The notes under the pieces are model-generated. The model searched no databases and was not told where the DNA came from. It was given only the letters and a program-made list of their open reading frames with translations. Below, piece by piece: positions 12,713-25,600 of a stretch of DNA of 62,209 nt. Location of the stretch: contig NMRA01000169.1 of the NCBI GenBank assembly GCA_002633005.1, positions 323,159 to 385,367 on the forward strand. Reading direction: 5' to 3'. Every line of letters starts with the position of its first letter. The stretch's first letter is position 1. The translations under genes and the position numbers were made by a program. Source of the DNA: Phoronis australis (Eukaryota > Animalia > Phoronida).

Positions 12713-14455
12713 TGTAGATTCATTGCGAATTGATTCGTACATATCGATATAAGTTGGAGTCCACTGCCTCGCTGTGAAAGGGGTGAAAAGATATCATTTC
12801 TCAAAAATTGAATAGTTGTGAGAGTGAAGACGAAAATGCAAAAATCAGTGCAAAGCAATGTCGAATGCCAATTCAGGCTTAATTCATGCGAAATCGTTGT
12901 TACCGGTGTTTGCCTGATATCCTGGCACCCCTTATCTCAACTTCTACCTTGGTCGGTCTCACCCCTTGATCACTCTGCTCTGACGTTTGGTCAGTTCGTA
13001 TAGTGTACTGACGACAACACGGAACGAGTGACATAAAGTCCATCCACATTCGTGATTAGATCGCCGAGAAAAATCACGAGTCAAGTCTCACAAGCTGCTA
13101 CAGTTTCTTTGGATTCCCTATTCGGAGGTCTATCTACAAGTCAACGATTAGACGGTGAGTAGAATACGAGCACTCTGTGTTACGGGATCTAATCTAGTGT
13201 GGCTATTTATGCTTTTATGAATCTCTGGGACAATTCATTGTCAGAGTTCACAGTTATTGGGTTCATGACCTATATAACTATATTATGTACATGACCTATA
13301 TAACTATATTGTTGAGCTGAACTTGTGTAAAGGCTTTTTCGACTATATGGGAGCCCCATGCACACTGACGAGTCGGTAACTGTCATTAACAGCAGTCCAT
13401 TATTTTGAGAACAATTTTTTTTCGCTGAATGATGGACAACAAACTGCATGGTTCTCACAGTCCGCCGGGTCACATTGATTGCATGTTGCCGGCAAATGGA
13501 TGCCGGGTGTTGTAATCAAAGTTCATACTGAAGGTCTTAATTGTCTCGGTGTATGATCCCACACACAACATGTGGATGACGGACATAGTACGAGGTCCTG
13601 CCAATAGCTTATTGACTCGAACGTGTAGTTTGTTATTATTTTGAAAACGTGACCCTGTTGCAGTAACCAGAACAACTTCCCACTAGGTGTTTATTACCTT
13701 GATTATTTACGAACCCAACACAGTAGGTGAACTCATTTCGAAAACGTTACCTGAGCTCAGCTGAACTCACATATAAGGCCATACAATGTGAAAACACCGA
13801 ACATTTCGCAGTAGATAAAGACTTGGGGAAAGTATTATGCGACCCATCCAGATGCATATGGTCTATAAACAAACAGAGTCGTCGAACTGACCCATAACAT
13901 GGTTCTGACATGTCAATAAGCCAATATTTATTTCACTGATTCCGTTTGCTTTGAACTGGAAATGACAGGCGGAACTCCATCCTGTGCTGTAATAAGGGCC
14001 CATGTACATCGGTATTACATCTGTCCGTATCGCGTGTAGTTAAACTTTCAACCTCAGGGCTTTGGACCCGTAATCTCAACTGAAAACACAAACACGCCCA
14101 CGGCTCGACTCACTCAGGGATGTGGAGAACCTGAGAGTAAAGGTCAACCCCTTATCTTCCAGTGTTACGCGATTGTCAAGAATCCTGTTGATATATCCAT
14201 AAGAAATTACAGTACTCGACAAACAAATATCTTTTTAGCCTGCAATCTCATTGGTGTATTCAACAAGGCCTCCCAGACAACAGGTCTACTTAGACAGATA
14301 GATAGATTAAAGGGTTAACAGCTGACAGTACTAGCGCAAGTACTATTTACCGACTATTAAAGAAACAAAAACGAGAATTAATAAAACTACATACACTATG
14401 CTTATAATATAAAGACTTAGTAGTATTTTACATTATTATATATGCTCACTATGGT
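12713..14455 (+). repeat. Old tandem duplication, copy 2
   Basis: Colinear with 10111-12118, lacking the MITE. Confidence 0.9.
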
Positions 14456-16583
14456 TTGACTCAAGAACTTGTTGGGATTCACAAAACTCACCAATCCTTA
14501 CGTCGTTACCCCCAAAACACGTACGGCTCACGCATTCATATCCACCGTTGTGACACGACTCACGAACCGCACCACGACTGTGGCCCCTGCAAACATGACC
14601 CCTGCATATTTAAACAAGAACTCTTTATCTGTTCATCCACCTTGTTTTTGAAAATCCACAAATTTAAGGTTGGTTACACCAATAAACTCTGAAGTGTTTT
14701 CCTGAGTCGCTGATCGGAGTTATGTCTTGTTGGGAAACGGGAATAAAACTTCTCCAGACCTTTTTGTAAAATGGCAAAATGAATGATAGCTTGGTAAGAA
14801 ATCAACTTCAAACAGGATTTCTTACTGTTAGAAAATATGTCGGGCCTAGGTATTCTTACTGAGTGAAAATCTTTAATTGTGTAGATAAGTTGGCTAAAGA
14901 CACTGACTTGTCGATAAGGTCGTACATAAATAGTTCCGAATAACAGCTGCTGGGTCTCCATAGAGCCCGACGTAAAAGCGGCGTGGTTATTCTACCTAGT
15001 CGTCGAACACGCTACTGCGTCTCGCTGGTTCCCTGCGTGTCCTCGACGGGGGAGCCCTTCCCCAGGGAATTAGCGAGGATGTTGCGTACTCGTACTGCGC
15101 ATGGCTTAATCTAAACCAAGGGTTCGTGTTTTTAATAAGATCTTATTAATTGATTTTCATGGGGAATGCCAAAATCAAACAAAACATGTATGCAGCCGAT
15201 CTGTTGTCTATCATGGTTCGGATACAGCCTGAAGAAGCTCATCCGTAAAAAAGACAGACACTATAAGAAGTGCAATGTTCTCCATATTCATTGAAAAAAG
15301 AAACCTATCCTCCGAGACTACTTCCTCCACAACTCACTCCTGTCACCGCTGTGTGTTGCCAAATCCCTATGCATTACTATCTCCATTAACCTGGAACTCT
15401 CACATCAATAAAACTGCTGCTTCTACCAACAACACCCTTGGATTTCTTAGACGGAAACTTCGGCACACCCTTCAGAAAATATAAGAAATAGCTGATGCCA
15501 CTCTAGTCCGACCAACACTACAGTACGGCTCAACAGTATGGTCACCGCACATAAAACTTCCCTCATTTACAAGATTGAAGTGGTGCAGCGATTAGCTGCA
15601 AGATTTACCCTGAACAGAGATGATAATTCATCAGTCACAGAAATGCTTGCATCACTAAACTGGCAAACCCTTGAATACCGCCGCTACCTCTCTAAACTCT
15701 CCCCATTCAATACAATTGTTCACCAATCCATCGCCATTCCCAAAACCTACTTGTATCCCTTTATAAGCACTCTCCACGAAAATGTCATAGCATGTACTTC
15801 ATGACTCCTCAGCCAAGTGTCGCATAGAAAAGCTCCAAACTACCTTCTTCCCCTCCACAACAGTCTCCTGGAATAATTTACCTACTCACGTCATTGGTGC
15901 TGCCTCTCTGGATCACTTCCAGACAGCTCTCCTCTCATATTAGTTATCATTGCACTCCATGCACACTGCAATGCATCCTCACACTAGATTCTTGTACACA
16001 CACACCTCACCACTTCACTTAATCTGTAACATGAGCCACTTGAGGATCCTCGACTGCAAGATTTTAACTTTGAGTTTCCTCCAAGGGATCATGAGAAAAT
16101 GGTTTGAGTAGCTCCAAGAAGGAACCGTTGAATAGAAGATTTAAATATTTTGCATGTCTTAATTAAATGACTACAATATCGACTCAGGCAGCCGCAGTCT
16201 CCAGGTCACGTCTTGGTCTCGAGAATTTCAGCCCTGGTTCCACTGTAAGGTCGTAAAATTTGATAATTTTAATTTCGTACTTGGGTGTACCTGAACATAG
16301 AAAAATCAATGTCGAGAAACCTGTTTAAAATAATTTTTCGAAGACAGAAACGAGAATTAGAAAACTCGAAGAACCGAAAAATTGTTTTCCAATGCATGCC
16401 GGGCGAGATATAAACGTCGACTCTCTTCATCGTCGTAAGTTTGGGCTATGAAATAAACGCTACTGAATTACCTGGAAAATGGCGGTCTCAGACTCAGGCT
16501 GGATCCGTGGAGCTGACCTGAAATTGATGAACCTCCAGTTTTCACAAGAGAAGGTTTATTGTAAAAGCCAAAATGTTAGTTGT
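14124..16583 (+). repeat. Near-identical ~2.45 kb tandem duplicate, copy A
   Basis: Matches 16661-19094 with scattered SNPs and small indels; copy B starts right after a single N at 16660. Confidence 0.95.
15263..15942 (+). mobile_element. 5'-truncated, decayed CR1/L2-group LINE (C-terminal part of ORF2)
   Basis: Frameshifted peptides KKCNVLHI, LTWNSHINKTAASTNNTLGFLRRKL, LVRPTLQYGSTVWSPH, KIEVVQRLAARF, SVTEMLASLNWQTLEYRR. Confidence 0.9.
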
Positions 16584-16660
16584 TGTTACTGCAGACGCAA
16601 TCATTCATATTGCCTGTGTATATTAGGTATTGTTCCTGTTGTACTCATTTTCAAGTACCN

Positions 16661-19094
16661 GGAGAACCTGAGAGTAAAGGTCAACCCCTTATCTTCCAGT
16701 GTTACGCGATTGTCAAGGATCGTGTTGATTTATCCATAAGAAATTACAGTACTCGACAAACAAATAATTTTTTAGCCTGCAATCTCATTGGTGTGTATTC
16801 AACAAGGTCTCCCACACAACAGGTCTACTTCGACAGATAGATAGATTAAAGGGTTAACAGCTGACAGTACTAGCGCAAGTACTATTTACCGACTATTAAA
16901 GAAACAAAAACGAGAACTAATAAAACTACATACACTATGCTTATAATATAAAGACTTAGTAGTATTTTACATTATTATGCTCACTATGGTTTGACTCAAG
17001 AACTTATTGGGATTCACGAAACTCACCAATCCTTACGTCGTTACCCCCAAAACACGTACGGCTCACGCATTCATATCCACCGTTGTGACACGACTCACGA
17101 ACCGCACCACGACTGTGGCCCCTGCAAACACGACCCCTGCATATTTAAACAAGAACTCTTTATCATATGTTCATCCACCTTGTTTTTGAAAATCCACAAA
17201 TTTAAGGTTGGTTACACCAATAAACTCTAAAGTGTTTTCCTGAGTCGCTGATCGGAGTTATATCTTGTTGGGAAACGGGAATAAAACTTCTACAGACCTT
17301 TTTGTAAAATGGCAAAATGAATGATAGCTTGGTAAGAAATCAAAACAGGATTTCTTACTGTTAGAAAATATGTCGGGCCTAGGTATTCTTACTGAGTGAA
17401 AATCTTTAATTGTGTAGATAAGCTGGCTAAAGACACTGACTTGTCGATAAGGTCGTACATAAATAGTTCCGAATAACAGCTGCTGGGTCTCCATAGAGCC
17501 CGACGTAAAAGCGGCGTGGTTATTCTACCTAGTCGTCGAACAAGCTACTGCGTCTCGCTGGTTCCCTGCGTGTCCTCGACGGGGGAGCCCTTCCGCAGGG
17601 AATTAGCGAGGATGTTGCGTACTCGTACTGCGCATGGCTTAATCTAAACCAAGGGTTCGTGTTTTTAATAAGATCTTATTAATTAATTTTCATGGGGAAT
17701 GCCAAAATCAAACAAAACATGTATGCAGCCGATCTGTTGTCTATCATGGTTCGGATACAGCCTGAAGAAGCTCATCCGTAAAATAGACAGACACTATAAG
17801 AAGTGCAATGTTCTCCATATTCATCGAAAAAAGAAACCTATCCTCCGAGACTACTTCCTCCACAACTCACTCCTGTCACCGCTGTGTGTTGCCAAATCCC
17901 TATGCATTACTATCTCCATTAACTTGGAACTCTCACATCAATAAAACTGCTGCTTCTGATTTCTTAGACGGAACCTTCGACACACCCCTCAGAAAATATA
18001 AGAAATAGCTGGTGCCACTCTAGTCCGACAAACACTAGAGTACGGCTCAACAGTATGGTCACCGCACACAAAACTTCCCTTATTTACAAGATTGAAATGG
18101 TGCAGCGACGAGCTGCAAGATTTACCCTGAACAGACATGATAATTCATCAGTCACAGAAATGCTTGCATCACTAAACTGGCAAACCCTTGAATGATGCCG
18201 CTACCTCTCTAAACTCTCCCCATTCAATACAATTGTTCACCAATCCATCGCCATTCCCAATACCTACTTGTATCCTTTATAAGCACTCTCCACGAAAATG
18301 CCATAGCATGTACTTCATGACTCCTCAACAAAGTGCCGCATAGAAAACCTCCAAACTTCCTTCTTCCCCTCCACAACAGTCTCCTGGAATAATTTACCTA
18401 CTCACGTCATTGGTGCTGCTTCTTTGGATCACTTCCAGACAGACCTTGTCTCATATTAGTTATCATTGCACTCCATGCACACTGCAATGCATCCTCACAC
18501 TAGATTCTTGTACACACACACACCCCACTTCCTTTAATCTGTAACATGAGCCACTTGAGGATCCTCGACTGCAAGATTTTAACTTTGAGTTTCCTCCAAG
18601 GGATCACGAGAAAATGGTTCCAGTAGCTCCAAGAAGGAACCGTTGAATAGAAGATTTAAATATTTTGCATGTCTTAATTAAATGACTACAATATCGACTC
18701 AGGCAGCCGCAGTCTCCAGATCACGTCTTGGTCTCGAGAATTTCAGCCCTGGTTCCACTAAGATCGTAAAATTTATAATTTTAATTTCGTACTTGGGTGT
18801 ACCTGAACATAGAAAAATCAATGTCGAGAAACCTGTTTAAAATAAATTTTCGAAGACAGAAACGAGAATTAGAACACTCGAAGAACCGAAAACTTGTTTT
18901 CCAATGGATGCCGGGCGAGATAGAACCGTCGACTCTCTTCATCGTCGTAAGTTTGGGCTATGAAATAAACGCTACTGAATTACCTGGAAAATGGCGGTCT
19001 CAGACTCAGTCTGGATCCGTGGAGCTGACCTGAAATTGATGAACTCCAGTTTTCACAAGAGAAGGTTTATTGTAAAAGTCAAAATGTTAGTTGT
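16661..19094 (+). repeat. Near-identical ~2.45 kb tandem duplicate, copy B
   Basis: Matches 14124-16583. Confidence 0.95.
17798..18459 (+). mobile_element. Second copy of the decayed CR1/L2-group LINE fragment
   Basis: KKCNVLHIHRKKKPILRDYFLHN, LVRQTLEYGSTVWSPH, KIEMVQRRAARF; lies inside duplicate copy B. Confidence 0.9.
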
Positions 19095-19331
19095 ATTGAG
19101 TATTACTAAATCTATTGAATGAAGGAATATTTTCCTTGCGACAAGATGAACACTTAAAAAGATATGAAACCCTGTTTTGATGATTTTAGTCAACCCTTGT
19201 TCTGTTATCTGCTAATGCATCCTTGGCGTCGATCTTGAAAGACAAAAAGAGTGGTTTGACCTCTTGCGCGAAACAACGTGACGGGAGTTTCGAAAGTCAC
19301 ACGCCTTTAAGGGAAGTTTACGTTTGCGCAG

Positions 19332-19446
19332 GTAACGTTCGTCTCGGAGGGGACATTTGAGTTTACGAAGATACCCGATGTGTTTCAAATGGTTGGTATG
19401 CGGTTTAAATTCTGAAGATTTGAATATCTTTTTGCACATTTCGTAG
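19332..19446 (+). other. Putative 5'-UTR intron of DDC
   Basis: cag|gtaacg donor at 19332; tttttgcacatttcgtag| acceptor ending at 19446, 9 nt before the ATG. The donor is less certain than the acceptor. Confidence 0.5.
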
Positions 19447-19455
19447 GAGGTGATC

Positions 19456-19656
19456 ATGGATTCGGAAGAATTTCGCCGGCGAGGCAAAGAGATGGTGGAT
19501 TACGTGGCTGACTATTTGGACAACATCCGGGAACGACGAGTGTATCCCACTATCAAGCCGGGCTATCTCAGGAAACTTATACCCGAGGAAGCGCCGGTAG
19601 AGGGCGAGAACTGGGATGACGTCGTAAAGGATATCGAAAGAGTCATTATGCCCGGG
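19456..19656 (+). CDS. DDC: DDC coding exon 1
   Basis: [20 protein letters not shown]...DIERVIMPG|gtaagt; 201 nt. Confidence 0.96.
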
Positions 19657-22600
19657 GTAAGTACATGGGGTAAAGTACAATCATTAAATTATTCATAAGT
19701 GATAGACAGTGCCCGTAGCTCAAAATGTTGCAAGCCCTATGAAAAGCTTTATGGATTCCTCGTCACTAAACCATTTAGTTGTAAGCCGAGTGCGTGTGGT
19801 GTGCAAAAGGCAATGTTTTTTTAAATTGAACGAAATCGCAGTTACTCCTAATTGTATATGGACACGATACCTGTTGTTTCAAAAAAAGAAAAAAAAAGAA
19901 AACATTTGGTTGCTTTCAAAAGGGTATCATATTTGTGTTAAGAATTCCAGAATCGCCCCATGATTTGGATTGTTTGAGATTAAATGCATAGATTCAGGCT
20001 ACTCCTTGAGATCAAAGAAAAGTCTTAGTTCTCGGAACGTCCCGCGTATATCTGGGAAAATCTTGCGAAAAATCCCATTATTTAGCATGTGGGGGCCTAC
20101 CCATGCATGATACCCACATGCACCTAGGGTCCTGAAGGGGACGAGTTAAGCGAAGTCGCCTGTATTAATTACATCATTCATTATAATACCTTATTTGCAG
20201 CAGTGACCTGGTGTATGCGCATTTTGCTTGTTTGTTATTCAGCAGCCATGGTTGTTATGGAAAGTTGCTTCTGTCACGTGATGCGTATATGTGTGACGAT
20301 ATTGCAGGTGACTCACTGGCATCATCCAAACTTCCACGCCTACTTCCCTGCTGCCAATTCGTTCCAATCAATCTGCGCAGACATACTCTCGGATGCCATC
20401 GGCTGCATTGGATTCAGTTGGGTAACACTTTTAACTTGGTGATATCTGCTGGTGTCATTGGACGAGAGATACGTGTGTTTTGTGTGCGTTTATAAACCAT
20501 AATTTCACCCTGTTCAGTGACATTTTGGGAGAGGCTTTCTGTGAGTGTTAACATAGAGCAGCAAATGATTTCTTAATAGGCAATTAATTGTTAACTCCTA
20601 CGCATGTAGCGGTGCATTTCGTAGAGACAACACACTCGCAAATTCGTGAATTCTATTCAGTTCTCAAAGACCAATCGTCTCAGTCACCATTTTATTATGG
20701 TTCGTAAGTAAAGCGCTTTTCATTCGTTTGATTTTACGTGGTCTTGCTTTTTGGCAAGGTTCATACATGTACGTCTACGGAACGCACCCTAGGTCTAATG
20801 ACCACGACTTGTTGACGGTAAGAAGTCACAAAGTCAGTGCATCAGGGCCTGTAGGCCTACTACCACTGACCGTAGAATACTTACCTGGCCCTTGGAACCC
20901 TTACCATTCTCCACAAAACTGGTCTGCGCGTGCCACAAGAACTCTTGCCACGCACAAAGCCCCTCACTGTCCACAAATTTTTGTGCAAAATCCCTGTGAT
21001 ATTTGGTTGTAAAACAGCTGATATGAATTGTACGTGATCAGTTTTGCAGGACATTGTAAGTGTTCCGATTAGGCTTGCCACCCCTGTATACAATGTCGAA
21101 CCCCAATCACAGCGTCATATAGTGTTAAAAGGAGTTAGTACTTTTGGGCATCCACGCATTCAAATCGTCCTCTCGCAAATGGTCAATGCAAACAAACAAA
21201 CCTGAAAAAGTCTACTTTTCATCTCCGGCTATTAATAACCTTTTAATTGATTCCCCAGGCTAGTTGTCAAATTGTGCATTAAGTTATATTGTCGTTAATT
21301 TGTAGCAACAAGATTTACAAATGAACGCAAACCCTCTTGCTGTCCAAGTTTGGCAAAGTTAAAATGAATCATCCGAAAAGGCTCGTGTTTTGATGTTTCA
21401 AATTTCAGGCTACGGAAATACCCAAAGTTCACCCACCTTTGGCAAGTTTTGATGTCAAAACATGGTCTTTGGAATTAGTCTCACTCGTTGCCGCCATCAA
21501 TTTGTTTAATTGTACCTTACTCGTATATGAAGGAATGTTTAAACCTCATTGTTGCTGAAGAATAAATTTGTACAGGCGTCTTGTTAGCCACCGAAATCAA
21601 CGTGGTTGGTGTTACATATAGGCTGGTTTCGTGAATGGACACCAAAAGAAGTTGCGAGTAGGGGCTCATAGGCTTTGAGATTCGGAAATATTAAAAAAGG
21701 TCTCGCAGATGAACCTAATTATTCAACGTTTTATCAATGTGCCTTTACGTTTATGGGCCCAAATTTGCCCTACTCCTTTTTATGCACCCACATATTTATA
21801 TGTGGAGGCATTATGCAGTCATCTCCGTCCTATTCCGTTTTTACATTTATCCGCTGCAAAAATATTCACGCACACAACAACGTTTAAAGGTTTCTTTTTG
21901 TCATGTAGGCTTCTAGCCCTGCTTGCACCGAACTCGAAAACGTCGTTATGGACTGGCTTGGGAAGATACTGAAGTTGCCAGAGGATTTCTTGTCTTTTCC
22001 GTCTCATGGTAAAGGGGGTGGAGTCATTCAGGTACTACTCAATGGTGTGCTTACGGAGTCCACTTGTAAAAAATGCTAACTTTCTTAAAAACGATGTGAC
22101 CTTTAATCTGAGCTGAGGTACTGTATGGTGAGGCAAGACGATGGGAGGTCTAATCCAAGAGTCACGGCAACTTTCAACCATTTTCGCTTTTGTTTCATGC
22201 ACCATTTAGCCAAAATATTTTGTATACGATACAGTTCAGTATAATTATCTTGTGTATTGAATGAAATCACTGGTTTGAATTTAATTTGCATGTGTCGGTA
22301 CACATTTTCTCTCTAATTTGTTCATCCAGGGAACAGCTAGCGAATCTACCGTTGTTTGTCTGTTTGCCGCTAGGAGTAAGGCCATACACGAAAAACGAGA
22401 AAGAGACGCTTCCCTCTCAATCTCTGACGTCATGGGTCGACTAGTTGGATACACGTCTGATCAGGTACCAGAATTCATTTGAGATACCTCACAAGTAACT
22501 TACTTGCCCAAATTTCCATGTCAAATATATTAATGTTGCTTTCTAATTAAGATCACTTACTGCTTCGAGACTAGTTTCAACTTGCACCTTTATTCAGAAA

Positions 22601-25600
22601 AGAAGTGAGACCCGGACTGCATTCGCTAGCACTTGCTGAAAAAAATCTTTGCTTATGGAACGGAAACATTGAATTATATCCAATAACTTATAAATTCAGT
22701 CCCACAATTCTGCTTTCCAACTTCACCGACCAAACATTGCAGTGACTAACATTTTGCTAGTAGGTTCGCTAGTTAGGTCTCGTGTATAGACGTTACACTA
22801 TTTGGATGTTTCGTGATGACGGAGGTGGCAAGGCAATAGATTATGCAATTTGGACCCGGCAGTAAAAATAGACATGTCATCACTCTCGGTCCAAAAACGT
22901 TATAATGACTTTGAAATGACGTCATGCTAAACATTCCTATAGCATATTCGCGAACTCTCACCTTTCACTTATTTGATTTTGCGTGGTTTATTTGACCTTG
23001 CTTTACTCACAAGAAACTTGGTCTACCGAACGCACTCCAGGCAAATCGTTACTGCTCTAGACTGAACTCGGTGTTAAAATGGAATTGACAGGCTCTTCAT
23101 ATACTTCAGTGCTTTACCAGAAGTAGCTTATGCTACGGGCCACGCGTTTTTTGAGGCACCCACTCGCCCTATTTTGGAGACAACAATACCATAAACTTAT
23201 TTTAATGTTTCTATGCTTGTAGAAGAACTGACCTCAGGTGATGCGAAGCCAGTTTGGAAAGTTATTATTGGATGCCCACACCCATGATTTTATACATATT
23301 GAAAATGGCCGGTCCACTGAGTAAGCGCTGTTCAAAGAATTGTAGGTGTAATGCTACACACAAAAAACACAGACCCCGGCGCCAGGGATTCCTTGGTTTT
23401 TCAACAATTCTTGAATTTTCAGTTTGCATTTTCTTGGCAAAATCTTCAAAGCGTAAATTTGCGCAAGATGTAGTTATTTTACAAAAGTAGAATTATTTGT
23501 ATTACAATTGGTACACCCGCCGGGCCACTGTTTAGCGGTGTAGTGAATTAAACTGAAATAGAATTCGATCGACACTTAGTATTGCCCGTTGTGCATATTG
23601 CCAAATTACTGGCCTGTTTGCTTTTGCTTTGATACAATCATTTCATATAGGTGCATCAGTTTAAATATACTTATGTAAGGCAGACGTATTCGCATTATCG
23701 TTATGTTGTTGTTTTAGGCTCATTCTTCTGTTGAGAGAGCGGGAATGATTGGGATGGTAAACATACGTAAAGTCGAAAGTGACGAAAACTATAGTATGAA
23801 ACCGGAAGCACTCGAAGCAGCCATTAAAGAGGATATTTCACAAGGCAAAATACCGTTCTTTGTGAGTATTTTATCATCGGCTTTTTGTCATTTCGTTTAC
23901 GGGCAGTCATGTGTGTATTCAAGAGGTAACTTCCGTGGGAAAGTTTCTTTATTTCGTTAAGCAGATAGTCGAGTTAGACGGACACGTGAATTTTGGCCTG
24001 GCAAATAGAGCATTGCTGAGAAACAACGTCGCGTTTGGGGGCGGGGAGGGGTTGAAGAGGCAAACACTTGTGGAACAGCATGCATGATATTTCGAGGCAT
24101 TAACTGGTCGTTGACCGGGGAGGGGGGGGGGGTCATACTACACTGTGGTAATCTTATCCCCTAATGTGAAAACACCAGTTTCGCCCCTGTTTGTATTCAT
24201 GCTGTGCTATGTACTAACAAGGACTCAATCTGAGGTACAAGAAACTGAACCTCTTTTGAACATTCTACTGGAAAAGAACCTTATTAGATGTTCGTACCTC
24301 AATGTTTTTACTCTTCCTGCGATCAGTGTCACGAGTTTGTTCTTGGAAGTACTTTTGTTCTGATCTCAGACTGTTAAATTCTATTAAAGGAGCATGCCAC
24401 CCAAAAAACAATCTAATTTGTATCAATTTAGATCGAGTAGTTCTACTCCATAACGACAAGTACGGTTGCGTTACCTGACACCTGACTGCAGACGGAGGTG
24501 TTTAATTTATCCAATGACGTCATAGGTTTCACACGCAGTCTGTTCAGCAGTTCACAACACAGGACACTGGTGTCAGCTTATCGCTTGAAGTCGACGTTTA
24601 ACACCAATAAATCATCAAACTTCGATGTAAAACCCTTAAAATACACCGACTTCTTATAAAAACGTGTTTTTTATTTCGCTCTTACACATTTATTGGTATT
24701 TGGACACACCGTAGCCTACAAAGTTCGGCAGGCCAATAACGTCCGTAGCAGGAGTTTGTGGTCTGTTCGGAGATAATTTCGAAGTATTTTCCGTAATATA
24801 CAGACAGGAGAACCTAGATCTGTGTTGTTTAGACTTGTGATTTTTTGAGTTTTAAACACAAAACGCTTGTTATCCCGGCCAGTGGCTCGGAAACTGATCA
24901 GACATCACGAACATAAACCAGCCAAAGTTCAGTGGAAACTAAACTTCCAGTCAAGAAAATACTATACTAGTGAGCCAAAGTAATGTGCACCTGATTATGT
25001 TGGTGAATTAGCCACGAAACTGCTAATCTACTTACTCGTCGGGGGCCGCGAATTCAGGTTCCGCTTTGGCCACAGCACCGTCAGGGCAGAAGTTGTAAAT
25101 TGACAATCATTATTTGAGTAATGTAAATGTAAATAAAGATTCCCCTAACACCTGGCCGTGGGATGGAAATCGAGTTGTTTCACAACAGTTTCTGCCAGCA
25201 AACACTAAATTAGCATGAGCTCACACGGCCTCGGTGGCCCTGGCGTCAATTAGTTTTATTGCACCTAACACCGGTAACGCAGTGATTTATTCATCGCTGG
25301 CTTCTCATTACACTCACGAGCACTCCAAAGGCATTACAAATTGCATCTAATGAGACAGACTTTGTTTCAGTTTTATATAAGTATTGGTTAGAGTGAGAAT
25401 AATTCATTTTGAAACAGAACGCTCAGTAATAAACGCCAACATGGCAACTCGCAATCCCGACTTAGACGAGCTAGACCTCATCAGTTCCGACTCAGCAAGT
25501 GGATCCTTAAGTTTTATAGGCTATCAATTCGAATAGGAATACAGTAATGAAGAAATACTAGAGAGGCGCCGTGAACAAGCTCAGACAACGGAACGTATGG

